A DNA stretch of 64,000 bases from Callorhinchus milii (taxonomy: Eukaryota): positions 126,666,001 to 126,730,000 of the forward strand of contig NW_024704742.1 of assembly GCF_018977255.1 (NCBI RefSeq), given 5' to 3'. Of this stretch, positions 48,690 to 61,658 are shown one piece after another. The position numbers and the translations under genes were made by a program. Numbering within the stretch: the first letter of the stretch is position 1; every line of letters starts with the position of its first letter. The notes under the pieces are model-generated. The model was not told the DNA's origin and did no database searches. It was given only the letters and a program-made list of their open reading frames with translations.

Positions 48690-50910
48690 CAAAAGCGGAA
48701 AGGGTAAATAGGGCTGTGGCAAAGGGCTTAAACTAGTAAAAGGGGGGGAGGGATCAGAAGGAAATGACTCAAGCCAGACAAAAGTAAGAAATAAGGAGAA
48801 TATAAATGGTCAGCGAATTAATACAATTATAGAACAGAAGTGCGAAAAGACTGTCAAAAATAAAATGAGAGGAACAATTAATAATAATGGATTAAACTGT
48901 CTGTACAGCAATGTACAGCACCCAAAATAAAACAGGAAAACTGGAGGCAATAATTCGTAGTGAGGAACTAGATATAATTGGGATTACTGAAACGTGGCGT
49001 CAATAAACATTGCAGGGTATAACGTACTTAGAAAGGATAGAGATGGGAAAAAAGGCGGTGGAGCAGCTGTACTCGTTAGGGATAACATCATGAAAAAAGG
49101 GACATAGCCATCAGTAAGATAGAAATAGAATCTGTGTGGATAGAGATAAAAGATAAGAAGGGATCAATCACACAAATAGGGGTAGTCTACAGACCATCTA
49201 ACAGTGGAAGAGAGGTAGAGGAAGAAATATGCAAGCAAATTAGGGAAATAAGTAAAAGACATAGAGTAATAATCATGGGGGATTTCAACTACCCCCAATT
49301 GGGGATAAGGGAATGGAGTTCCTTCAATGTGTACAGGACTCCTTTCTTACCTAGTATGTAAGAGGCCCATCAAAGGAGGAATCCCTACTGGATTTAGAAA
49401 TGGGAAATGAACCAGAGCAAATAAGAGAAGTACGAGTAGGAGAACATCCAGACAATAGCGATCATAACTTAATAAGGTTTAAGATAAAGATTGAGAAGGA
49501 CAAAGACTAGGGTAATAAATTGGAAAAAGCTGATTTTGAGGGGATGAGAATGGAACTTGGGAAAATAAATTGGAAAACAATACTGGCAAACAAAGAGATA
49601 GAGCAGTAGTGGGAAACATTTAAAACAGTAATCAATAGAGTCCAGGAGAAATATATTCCGCTATAAAGCAAGACAAAGCTAAATAATGATGAGACACCAT
49701 GGATGAATAAAGACATAAGGGCAAAGTTGAGACTCAGGAAAGAGACGTTCACTAAGTACATAAACAACAAGGTAGAGCATGACAAAAAAGAATACGAAAA
49801 GGTCAGGAAAATAGTCAAAAAAAAATTAGGAAGGCAAAGAGGAATTATGAAAGTAAATTATCAAGGAATATAAAACGAAATAGTAAAATATTCTGTAGAC
49901 ATAAATATCAAAAGAAAATTCAAAATAGTAATCGGGCCACGAAGGGATGGACAAGAGATGCTCACAGGCCGTGAGTATTCATCAGGGAGACGGATCAGGT
50001 GGACATGATAGTAGAAGAGATTGAAAACAATATAAATACATTTAAGATACAAAGAGGAGATATAATCAAAAAACTAATAACTCAGAGAGGATAAACCCCT
50101 GGTCCAGATGGATTGCATCCGCGTATATTAGAAGAATCGAGGGAAGAGATAGCAGAGGCACTATTACACATATATAATACCTCATTACAAAAGGGAGTAG
50201 TACTAGAGGACTGGAGGATAGCTAATGTTATACCTATGTTTAAAAAGGGAGATAAAACAAGCCCAGGGAACTATAGACCTCTCAGATTAACATCGGTGGT
50301 AGGAAAGTTAATGGAATACCTACTGAAGGAGGTAATAGAGAAATATCTAGAAACAAAAACATAATAGTCAGCAAGGATTTCAAAAAGGAAGGTCATGCTT
50401 GACCAACCTCATTGAATTCTTTGAAGGGGTAACAGAAAGAGTAGACAAGGATAATGCAGTAGATGAAATATATTTAGATTTCCAAAGGTGCTTGATAAGG
50501 TACCACATAATAGACTAATGAATAAGGTCAGAGCATGTGGAGTCAGGGGAAAAATAGCAGAATGGATAGCAAGCTGGCTACGAAACAAAAAACAGAAAAA
50601 TAGGAATAGGGCCACGAAGGGATGGATAAGCGAAATGGCAGAAATATTAAGTAATTACTTTGCCTCAGTATTCACCATGGAGCAGATTAGGTGGACATGT
50701 CAGTAGAAGAAGAGGTTGAAGATAATATAAGTACATTTAAGATACAAAGGGGAGATATAATATAATGAGGGAAAAAGGAATAGAAGGTTATGCTTGAAGG
50801 CTTAGTTGAGGAAGGGCAGGAGGAGGCTCATGTGGAGCATAAACACCGGCATAGACCAGTTGGGCCGAATGGCATGTTTCTGTACTGTATATTCTAATGT
50901 ATTCTAATAT
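48690..50910 (+). mobile_element. CR1-clade LINE, decayed and internally rearranged
   Basis: APE motifs IIGITETW, GVVYRPSNS, IIMGDFNYP; RT-region motifs PGPDGLHPRIL, NYRPLRLTSVVGKLME, CLTNLIEFFE, DKVPH; CR1-type 3' tail gaccagttgggccgaatggc...ttcta; frameshifts and stops. Confidence 0.9.
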
Positions 50911-51377
50911 AAAATAGTTTTATAGTCATCTGCTCTTTACCATTCCAGTAATAATCCTACATTATGTCCCTTAGCTACCAATTTACAAAGCAGGAGAAAT
51001 AATCTTTCATAGCGTTGAAGTTAGAATTAAATGCAGATATTCTTACTCCAACACATTCTTTCAACATTGGAAATTCTTGCCTCCACTCTGTTCCTTTGTT
51101 CCATCAATGTAGATTGGTGCAGCAAAGGAAGAGTGTGAAGGGTAGGATGTTCCAACCTTCCAATTGCTGCTTGATTTATCGTTTTTTTATCCTGCTTTCT
51201 TTTCAACCTTGGTGGCAACCTACACTGTAGGCTTTGCCCCTATTACTTGTTTTCTCAATATCAATAAAAAGAATAATTAACTTTTTCTGATGATTTAAGA
51301 TATTAAGAGATGGAGATCTTAGTGTTTTGGTGGACTGGTCGCTAAAATCATCACAGTGTTTAGAAAGGATCTGCTGC

Positions 51378-53075
51378 TACAACAACAACAACAAAATTAC
51401 ATTTGTACAGCACCTTTCACGTCAGGAGGACATCCCAAGGCGCTGGACAGACAGAGTTTTGGACGCGAGCTGGGGGTCAGGAACAGGGAGGGTGGAGGGC
51501 AGGAGGGGAAGCTGGGAGATCAAAAGCACGGTTGAAGAGGAAGGTCTTGAGATCGGTCTTGAAGGAGGCAAGAAAGGGGGCAAGGCAGAGGGACTGCGGG
51601 ATGAAGTTCCAGAGGGTGGGGGCAGAGTGGCAGAAGGCCCGTCCGCAAATAGTGGGGCGAGCAAGGCAGGGGACGTGAAGCAGGCCGGAGCCCACTGAGT
51701 GGCGCGAGCGAGCAGGATGGTAGGGGGTTAGGAGGTCACAGAGGTAGTGGAGAGCAAGACCATGGAGGGGTTTGAAGGTGAGAACAAGGATCTTGAACTG
51801 TATCCTCTGTGTGATGGGAAGTCAGTGGAGTCGGGCGAGGATGAGGACACGGGCTGCAGAGTTCTGGATGATCTGCAGCCTACGGACGGAGGAGTTCAGG
51901 AGGGCGACAAGCAGGGAGTTTGCATAGTCAAGCTTGGATGTTATAAATGTGTGTATGTGGGTTTTGGTGGCCTGTGTTATGAGACAGTGGTGGAGCCGGG
52001 CGATGATGCAGAGGTGGGGGAAGGCAGAGTGGGTCGTGGCGCAGATGTGGGGTAGAAAGGATAGTTGAGGGTCAAACAAGACGCCAAGATTCTGGACTGG
52101 CTTAGTAATGTGGAGAGTGCATCGATGGATGGTGATGCTGTCAGCGCCTGATGTGTGGAGGTGCCGACGGGAGCCAATCAGGAGAGCCTCGGTCTTGTTG
52201 ACGATCAACTGAAGAAAGTTAGCTCTCATCCAGGACTTGATGTCTGACAGACATTCTGTCAGGACAGCAGTAGTCCTGGAGTCGAGCATGGAGGCAGAGA
52301 GGTACAGTTGGGTGTCATCTGCATACATGTCTTCGGATGATGTCACTAAGAAGGAGCATTTGGATATTGAAAAGGAGGGAATCAAGGACAGAGGCCTGAG
52401 GAATGCCACACGAGACGGTGCGGGGGCTAGAGGAGAAACCATTTGTGGAGATGAAGTGCAGGCGGTGTGAGAGGTACGACCTGAACCAGTCAAGGACAGC
52501 GCCGTGTAGGTTGAGGTGAGAGGAGAGGCGGTGGATGAGGACAGAGTGGTCGATGGTGTCGAAGGCAGCAGAGAGTCAAGAACAACAACAACAACAAGAT
52601 TCCATTTATAAAGCGCCTTTCACGTCAGGAGGACGTCCCAAGGCGCTGAAAGAAGGATGAGGAGGCAGCAGGAGCCCTGGTCACAGGTGGACAGAATGTC
52701 ATTTGTCACTTTGACCAGGGCAGCACGGAAACCCAATTGGAGGGGTCCGTGAAGGGAGTGGCGGGAGAGGAAGGAGCGAAGCTGGGAAGCAACAACTCGT
52801 TCCAGGACCTTGGAGAGAAAAGGGAGGTTGGAAATGGGGCCATAGTTTGAGAGTAGAGATGGGTCCAAGGAAGGCTTTTATAAGGATAGGAGTGATGACG
52901 ACCGTTTTTAATGGGGTGGGAATGGACAGGGAGAGGATATTGATGTCTGTGAGTAGAAGGGCAAGGAGTTGGAACTGGGAGGTAAGGAGAGGTGTAGGGA
53001 TGAGGTCGAGGGAGCAGGTGGTCGGTTTCATGTGGGTTATAGTGGCGGTGAGAGTGGGGAGAATTTTTTTCCAGG
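51378..53075 (-). mobile_element. L2-clade LINE 3' portion with a nested short tail insertion
   Basis: TTCSLDLIPT, NYGPISNLPFLSKVLERVV, YADDTQLYLS, LDYANSLL; 3' tail with (TTG)n at ~51378-51445. Confidence 0.9.
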
Positions 53076-53950
53076 GTCGATAACAGAAGAAGGAAATCCT
53101 AAAAGCATGGTCCAGTGATTTTTCTCTCACAGAAACACCAGCCAGTGTTTTATACAGGGGAATATCATTATAATGGTCCTCTGGATCTAATAGCTCAGAA
53201 GCTGCAATAAAGTAGAGCATGACATCACTTCCTCTGCAGTGAGAGCCAGGATAGGTCCTATAAGCAAGGTATCTGGGGGCACTATATTTAGGTTTACCCC
53301 AAGCTCAGTGATGGATGGAGCTTTATAAATGAAGAATTAGGCTTTATATGCAACAAGATAAAATGGATGAATAGTTGAGGAAAAATAATATTAAAAGCTA
53401 CAGGGAAAGATTAGGGGACATACATTTAGAACGCATAGCTCCAGTGGGAAGTTAATAGCAGACTTGAGACTGGATAAAGAAGGCCCTTCTAGCCCTTGAT
53501 CTCATCCTTCCAGAATACCCACACTATTGTTATCCAATCACACAGTGAGACATTTTTTAAAATAAGTCCAGTCTACTGGCCTGAATCCCCTCCCAGGTAA
53601 TCTGTTCCAATCATTAATTACCCTCCAGATAAAGAAATATTTTCTGGTGTCTGACCTGAAATTGCGCTTTGCAACCATAAACTTGTGCCCTCTTGTTCTG
53701 CTGTCTCAGCGCATCTGAAAGTATTGTTCTGGGTTCAATGTCTCAATCCCATTTAAAATATTGTATAACTCAAAAAGGTCTTCTCTGAATGGACTGTATG
53801 CTGTAAACTTTTAATTCGCTAATTCTAATAAGGAAAGATTACTTCCCCAGTTAGGCACAAATTATTTAAGGAGATAATGTGCTGCATCATTTTCTCCACT
53901 TATAACTGAAGGCTGACAAATAAGAAATAATTATTTGGAAATGTTCTTAC

Positions 53951-54174
53951 CTGTGCTGAAAATCCACAGAAGAATCCATACCAAAAGTGAACAAGGGTAA
54001 AGGTAAAATTTTTGTAGAAGAAATAACGGAGAAAATTGCACATCCGAATATATGACCATCTTCCATGGACTAACAACAGGCGTTGGAGATAGCGAAACTG
54101 GGCAAAAGCAAAATCACTTGACAGGACAGCTTGCATTCCTTCTTGACCACTAACACCCACTCCAATATTAGCAG
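53951..54174 (-). CDS. ATP8B5: ATP8B-type P4-ATPase exon (TM5-6 region)
   Basis: [56 protein letters not shown]...GFSAQ; 224 nt. Confidence 0.95.
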
Positions 54175-55513
54175 CTGTAGGAATATGAATTAAATATTAC
54201 TTCTTTAAAACTGATGGTGCACAGTGGTGTGATACCTGAAACAGTGAAAGTGAAATGCTAACCAGTGGGTCAGTTGTTTGAATCCTTGTCATGGCTCAAA
54301 TTACATCTTTCTTTTTATTATTCAGCATGTTTTGTCCAAATTTACCTCAACCCCTAGATGAAGAGTTAAGAGGAACTCTATTTAAGAAGTTTCCTTTTGC
54401 ACTGCTACATCACATGAATTCTGGACAGAAATCCAGTCATGACCAGCGGTTATTCATGTTTGAAGAGAAGCACCTGAGCTATGGAGGGAAGGCATGGAAT
54501 AGAACAGCTTATAAAAAAAAACTTTATTTTTAATTAAAAATACACATGAACTGTTCAGATTAGTAAATCATGTTGGTAGAAATCAATACAAATTGATAAA
54601 CATCAATAATTGTCAGTTTTGCAATATTCTGCAAACGTCAAAATAATTTCACTGATTTCTAATTTTTTTNACATTCCACAATTAACCAAACATTTGGGTC
54701 ACCGGGTCGTAACGGACGTGCCTTCCTGACGTGTTGAAGACTTGGTTGAAAAATAACTGGGCATTAGGAATTCAACATAATCTTTGCCATAAGACTAACC
54801 TCTTAAAAATTAAGAGCGAGGAAACTTGGTCTTATATTCCGCCTTAATTTCGGAGCCAATTTTCCACAATTCTTTTGTATCCAAGAACATTAGGTATTTT
54901 ACGTTCCTGCAGATGTTATGATGGGAAAATGATAGCATTGTAGGTCTGAAAGAATTATATAAACTGAGCCCCAAACCTTTCTTTATCCAAACCTCTCTTG
55001 TGATTTGCTGATGTCTTGCATAGGTAAAGGATGGAAATAGTGAAAATGAAGATTATCTATGAAGTTTTTATTTAATTTCTTTTCACACAGCAATGGAGCT
55101 TCATGATAAATGATAATGTGGGGTTTGAAATCCATAAAATCTCAACCAAAGCTAAAGTGTAGCATGACAGCAGGTTTGACCACACATGCACAGCAGATTA
55201 ACTTGCTTTCTGTTGTTCTCACACTAAAAAGGACAACTTCTGGGTCATCAGCCAACATTACTTCTTGTTTTGGATATGTGCAGCGAAGCAGGAAGTGAAG
55301 TCAACTGTGACTTAAACACCCAGATATTGGCCATTTAAAAGTTGGATGACACATGGGAAGCACATGGCTGCATGCATGCACAGTGAATGAGGTCCACAGT
55401 GCAACTATGTTATAAGCAAATTTGCACCATTGTAAAGGCCATTATAATGGGCCTGCGCTGCGGTTTGATCTACCCTTGTCACACCACAATCCCAGTCAAG
55501 TATTTTCATTTAC

Positions 55514-55697
55514 CTTTAATCATGCTTACATCATTTGCACCATCTCCAATTGCAAGAGTTATTGCTTTTGTGTGCTTTTTCACCAGTTCCACAACATGAG
55601 CTTTCTGAAGGGGTGTTACGCGACAACAGATGACTGCCTCACATGAACAAGCTATGGTCAGGAAATCCAATTTTAATTTTTTTTCTAGAGCAAATGC
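55514..55697 (-). CDS. ATP8B5: ATP8B-type P4-ATPase exon (hinge)
   Basis: AFALEKKLK...[41 protein letters not shown] (GDGAND hinge); 184 nt; translated by hand. Confidence 0.95.
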
Positions 55698-56144
55698 CTA
55701 TAGATGGGACAATAAGATACATATTATCAAGTTTATTTGAAAATAAGATACCATTTTTTAAGAACTGTAGCAAAGTGATTATTACAACCCTGCACTCGTC
55801 TCCACCTCAAGACCTTCCTCTTTGACCACATTTTCAACCGTTCTTCCCCTCCCATCCAGCCCCACTTCTCTCAGCCAGCAGCCCCAGCCCGGGTACAACC
55901 CCTCAACTGTGCAGCTCCTTTGCACATTCACCCAATGTGAAAGGACCTATACAAATTTGTATTGTATTTTATTATTACCATATTAAATATATTAAAGAAA
56001 ACAGTTCAATACTGTGATGGGCGGGTGGATAGAAGGATAAGATCAAATGGGCTGAAGGACCTTTTTCATCTGAACTCATCTTATAACGTTTGGTCGTTTA
56101 GGAAAATTAACTCATGTAAAGTATTATATGGAAATGCTTCTTAC

Positions 56145-56283
56145 CAGACTGGTTCCACTGATCACTAGACCATATTTCCCTTTAATAGTTTCAGGCTTGA
56201 CAAATGGTGTCTTTGACTTTTTTGAGAACTCTACATCGTAAGTGGATGGCTCAACTTGTCCTGTCATTTGTTCTCTGGCAGCC
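56145..56283 (-). CDS. ATP8B5: ATP8B-type P4-ATPase exon
   Basis: AAREQMTG...KYGLVISGTSL; 139 nt, phase 2/0, GT-AG. Confidence 0.85.
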
Positions 56284-57132
56284 CTGCATGGAAATGCTAC
56301 TGTTACTATACAAAATACATATACGATAAACAAATAGCACGTTTGACAATTAGTAAAAAAAATGGTAATTTGATATTACCTTTCTTGCTATTTTAAGTAA
56401 TTTCCTTAAAAAGTATTACCCATAACAGATCACAGTGAAGATATAAAGTCCTTACTTCTTTTGCAGCAGTATATTTGGTAACTAGTAAAGTGGCTCATCC
56501 CAGGATTGGCAATTGGGAGAAGGGCTTACAAATTACGAATCATTCACTTTATGAATGATTCTGTCTTGTTTGCTCCATGTATTTTTGTGGTTTTCTCTCC
56601 CTTATTTTGTGTCTGTCTCCCTCTCTATTCGTCTCCGTGTGGGATTGTTCTGTGTGTGTTTGTTTGTGCATGTCACTGTCTTTTTCTTGTCAGTGTTCAT
56701 CCTTGTTTCTTTCTCGTTTACAATTCAACAGTGTCTGTCCATTCACTTGTTTTTTCCAATCTGATCAACTTGGATTTAGATAATGTCCTTCAGGGAGAGT
56801 AACATGTCATAATGTTCTATAGAGATTTGCTGGACCGAGTAGGGAGACTGGGGAGTGTGGTTACATTCGCTCACACTTGTTTCCCTCCTCCCTTTCACCG
56901 AGTGACTCTTTTGTTCTATCTCACACGGTAATGATTCACTCTAACTATTCACCTTCACACGCTAACTCTTTCAACAATAGCTTGGATTTATATAGGTCAT
57001 TTGGGTAGGGTAATATCTTCAAGTGCTTCACAGGGTCAGGGTTGGTCACAGTGCCACTGTGCCTGAACCATATTGATGACTCAAGTTACAGATGAAGGAC
57101 ATTTGATCTCGTCTTTCCTGATCAGCCAGTCT

Positions 57133-57575
57133 ACAACAACAACAACAAGATTCCATTTATTGAGCGCCTTTCACGTCGGGAGGACGTCCCAAGGCGCTGT
57201 ACAGTTGGGTTAGGACCCGAGCAAGGGGGAAATGGTCAGAGTAAGGGGAGGGAAGGGAGGGAGCGAGGAGGGGGTAGAGAGTTGAGAGGGGAGCTGAAGG
57301 CTCGGTCAAAGAGAAAGGTCTTGAGACCGGCCTTGAAGGAAGAAAGGGAGGAGGCAAGGCGAAGGCACTGGGGGATGGAGTTCCAGAGCCTAGGGGCTGA
57401 GAGGCTGAAGGCCCGTCCACCGATGGTAGGGCGGTTGGGGCGGGCATGTGCAGCAGACCGGAGCCAGAGGAACGGAGGGTACGGGCAGGTAGGTAGGGGG
57501 ATAGTAGGTCGGAGAGGTAGGAGGGAGCAAGGCCGTGAATGGCCTTGTAGGTGAGGATGAGGATCTTGAATTCGG
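57133..57575 (-). mobile_element. L2 3' fragment (young)
   Basis: EFKILILTYKAIHGLAPSYLSDLL; intact tail and (TTG)n; highly similar to 47696-47952. Confidence 0.88.
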
Positions 57576-58461
57576 GAAGTCTACTGTCTTCCCATTGCAG
57601 CATCTATCCGTTCTTGAAATAAGAAGTGTCCTGAACTCTACCACCCTTCCTAGTGATATTTTCCAGCTATTAAATAAACATTTCCATTAGGTAAATAAGT
57701 ATTTCCTAAATTTGCCCTTCAATAAATACTGTCTTGGCATACCTGAAAGTATTGTTTTGGATTCATTTTTCTTAATCCCATTTAGCAATTTATACATATC
57801 TATAATGTTCTGTTATGTCTTTTGAAGGTTTAAGAGCCATAGCTCATCTAGTCATTCCTCATAACTAAATCCTCAATACTGGGGTCCATTCTCCTTAGCT
57901 TGCCTTGCACTATTTCCGAGTCTTGGGCAGCCGCCTTATGTTGCTATGACCAGAACTGTATCCGTTATTCCAGGTGCAGCCTAACCAGAACACACACATC
58001 TTGAGCAATGGCTCCTGGGGATGTGAACTCAACAGATCTAGCATTATAGCCCAGCATCCTATCGACCTTGATTATTGCTGTCTCATATTTGAGTCATCTC
58101 TCAAGTGGTGGGGGTGCATTAGAAGTCGGTGCTGGGATGCCTTGTATATATTAATAATCCCGATTGACAGACTCACTGCAAGGTAGCAGTGGCATTTACA
58201 AATGCCAAGTCAGAACTGTAGAATCAGGGAAAGCATTCAAAGGGATTAAATGGTCAACAGGCAACCAGTTCACATGTCTCTGCCAGTATCTATCTGAAAA
58301 TTGCTAACAGTAGCACAAGGGAAGCCTTGAGTTGTGTTGGACTTTAGTGGAACATTCCTTAAATAGAACAATTTCTTGGGATAATATTGCTGTGAATAAA
58401 ACTTTTGTGCAAACATTTTTGCACACTGTATGTGAAAAATAGTCACATTTAGGTTCTATAC

Positions 58462-58567
58462 CATAGTTCATCATGTACAGCATCCGGAGTGTCAGCTTCA
58501 ATAATGAATACTTCATTCATTTCATCCTGCAGTAAATTACATGCATACCCAATATTTACTGCTGTTT
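58462..58567 (-). CDS. ATP8B5: ATP8B-type P4-ATPase exon
   Basis: ETAVNIGYACNLLQDEMNEVFIIEADTPDAVHDEL; ttacag| acceptor, |gtatag donor; 106 nt, phase 1/2. Confidence 0.88.
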
Positions 58568-59658
58568 CTGTAAATATAAAAAAACATATTCTATTTCATT
58601 GCTTTTACAAAGTGCAGACTGTTCCAAAAATATTGAAGAAAGATAATTGGTCTTTCTCTTAAAAAAGGACATTAGGATTTCCTAATGTGTGTAAAAAAGA
58701 CATTAGGGTTTCCAACAAATTAAAAGTGTAGTTAGAAGCTTCAGAGAATGAGGAAAATGGATTCTAGACAGATGCAAAATACCCAGTCAAGGCACTTTTG
58801 TTAACCCCATTATATTCAGTTTTGGGCATCCCTGCTGAAGAAAGATGTCCTGGCCTGGAATATGATACCCAAATCTATCTCTCTGTCTCCATCCTCAACT
58901 TCAGGACCGACCACTGCTATTCTGACTGTCAGACATCAAGTCCTAGATGATTCTTATGTTCTTATAGATAATTCATATGTTCTTATAAATAGATTTAAAA
59001 GCGACTACCAAGGTGGTGGAAAGGTTAGAAGTTTGTGGGATCAAGCCCCACATTGGGAATTTGAACTTATATTGTCTAGCCTGACACTGGACTGCAGTGA
59101 TGCTTTGTTCTGCATTGTTGGATCCATCCTTTAGACGAGACATTCAATCAAAGTCTTGTCTCCTTATTCAGGAGGATGTTAAAGATCCCATGGCACTATT
59201 TCAAAAGAGGAGGGAGCCCTGGCCAACATCCCCAAAATAAAACAAATTACAACAACAAGATTACATTTGTATAGCACCTTTCGCGTCGGGAGGACATCCC
59301 AAGGCACTGGATAGTTTTCAGAATTATTCACTTTATGGCTGTTCATGGAACATTGCTGTGCGCAAATTGTTTGCTGTGTTCGCTTACAAAATAGTCACTA
59401 CACTTTACAGTATATCCTGTGGAGTGCTTTGAGAAGTCCTCCCAACATGAAAGGAGCTATTATCAAATGTAAAGGTTATTATTATAAACATAATGCAGGA
59501 GTGGGTTCAATGAGCTCAATGATTTTCACCTGTCCCTAGCTTCTTTTGTTACTTTTCCTATTGTGTCACAGGCTGAAACAATGAAAACATAACATTTCAA
59601 TTTTATTACATACATCAATTATTTATAATCTATAAAACAAAACTGACAATTTCTTTAC

Positions 59659-59770
59659 CTAGTTTGTCACCTGTAAGAACCCATATCTTAATATTTGCCT
59701 CTGAGAGCTTTTCTATTGTCAGAGGAACACCTCTTTGGAGTTTGTCTTCAACTGCAGTGCCACCTATCAA
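59659..59770 (-). CDS. ATP8B5: ATP8B-type P4-ATPase exon (P domain)
   Basis: [37 protein letters not shown]; 112 nt; translated by hand (absent from ORF track). Confidence 0.92.
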
Positions 59771-60422
59771 CTACAAACAAATACATTAAATTAAGCAAAT
59801 TATAATTATTTACACATAAGCAGGCTCCAAAAATCTTGTTCCATATGAAATTTTAATTTGGTTTAAATAATAAATGAATTCAGTATTTATCAAACAGCAT
59901 GCCAATTCAGACACTAAACTTAGAATAAACTACAATATCTATATTGGTTATGAAATGAAGCATGACAAAACATACATATTTCTATAACCAACAAATAGTC
60001 ATCTAAGTAACTTATTTAAAAATAAATGTATGCAGATGTTACCAATTTGTTAAAGAATAAGGAACATATTTAATGGGAGTAGTTTCTGTTCATAGTAATT
60101 GCCCCTAGCTCTGTTGGAGAATGAAAATATATCTCAACCCGAAGTCCCGTCACCTCAATCCTTCCTTCATCTCATTCAAGGACCATCTCAAGACCTTTCT
60201 TTAACCGCGCCTTCGGTCAGCTTTTCCCCCACCACCCCAAATCCGAGCCCCAGCTCTGGTGCAAACCCTCATTTGTCCAGTGCCTTAGGAAGTCCTTCTG
60301 AGGTGAAAGGCGCTATAAAATTGAAATTTGTTTATAGTTGTCCAAAAAGCAACTATTACCTTTTGTTAAACAAAGTAGTCTCCATTAAAGACAAAACAGT
60401 TGAAATTAAAAAAAATCCTTAC

Positions 60423-60587
60423 ATGCAAGTCACGTTCAATCTCTTCATATAACAATTGCAGTTTTTCTTCTCGATTCTGTACTGAAGTACTTGCTTCAAG
60501 ATGACGTTTTTGCCAAGAATTAAATGCTCGTTCATTTAACTCTTTGGATGCCAGAAGTAATGTGCGTAAACCTATTCCTGCAAATTC
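60423..60587 (-). CDS. ATP8B5: ATP8B-type P4-ATPase exon
   Basis: EFAGIGLRTLLLASKEL...LYEEIERDLH; 165 nt, GT-AG. Confidence 0.92.
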
Positions 60588-61231
60588 CTGTATGTAAAAT
60601 TGATATATTTTAAACATATTTATTACAAAATTATATATTCTTATTTATACATGAGGGCTAGGAATGGAACATTGTTCCACTATATCTATTGCCAAGATAA
60701 TAGCTATCAATCATTCAAGTGTTAGATAAATGCATCAGATATTGTGCACTCCAATACAGTGCTGGGGAGCTCGGTATTGATGGAAGTGCCATCCTTTGGA
60801 TGAATGAGATGTTTGGATGACCAAGGTCTCGTTTGCCTAATCAGGTGAACATTAAAGATATCATGGTACTATTCGAAAAGAGAAGGGAATTTCTCCCACG
60901 GCATGGCCAACAATCCTCCAGATGATATTACTCATCCACTTCATGGGTATTTGTGTGCAAATTGGCTGCCACTCGCCTACAAATACATTCACTGTCATTG
61001 CACTTCACAATAAATTCTGTGAAGTACTTTGAGATGCTTTGCTCAGTGCGAATTCAAGAAGACAGCATCCAGGCCCTTTTATACAGATCTGGATACTATT
61101 CAAAAGTATTTCAACACATTTTAACTTCATTCCTTTAAATAAGAAATGAAAATCAGTTTAGGAACATGAGAATATTGACCACTATATTTTAACAATGCAA
61201 ACTTACAGAACAGAGCCCTTGATTTACTTAC

Positions 61232-61347
61232 ATTGAGGTGTTCAACGGTTTTGGGCAATATAGTCTGAGATGAAGGACTAAGTTTGGCGAACAAAACTGT
61301 GTCAGCCCCCTTACAGTACAAGTGCAGCTTTCCCGCTGGGGACCTTA
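61232..61347 (-). CDS. ATP8B5: ATP8B-type P4-ATPase exon
   Basis: VRSPAGKLHLYCKGADTVLF (KGAD motif); 116 nt, GT-AG. Confidence 0.92.
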
Positions 61348-61469
61348 CTGTTCAGGAAAATAAATTAAATATTTGGAAAAAATATTATTTTTTGAATGCT
61401 GTGATATGACTTTCAATCTCACTAAAAATAAAAATGATTTACTCATTTTTTAAAGTACACAAAACCCAC

Positions 61470-61658
61470 CTATGACAGACATTCTTTTTCGTATGTTGTC
61501 AAAGTCCAGAATAGCAAGCATTTTATATACTGTTGGTTTACCCATTTCAATTATGGTTATTGTTTCAGGGGTACGGGACTTCAAAACAAAGCCAAAGTTT
61601 CTTGCTGCAGTTACAAGTGCACCTTCATCTGGAGACTGAGCCTGATACACCAGTTTAC
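61470..61658 (-). CDS. ATP8B5: ATP8B-type P4-ATPase exon (N domain)
   Basis: [22 protein letters not shown]...[16 protein letters not shown]; 189 nt, GT-AG, phase 1/1. Confidence 0.92.

Noticed and set aside
54690-54870. Small CpG-containing patch in an ATP8B intron
   Set aside because: No convincing terminal repeats, second copy or coding signal visible.
56506-56990. Pyrimidine/TG-rich stretch with hydrophobic ORFs
   Set aside because: Low complexity, no splice or domain evidence, and I could not assign a family.
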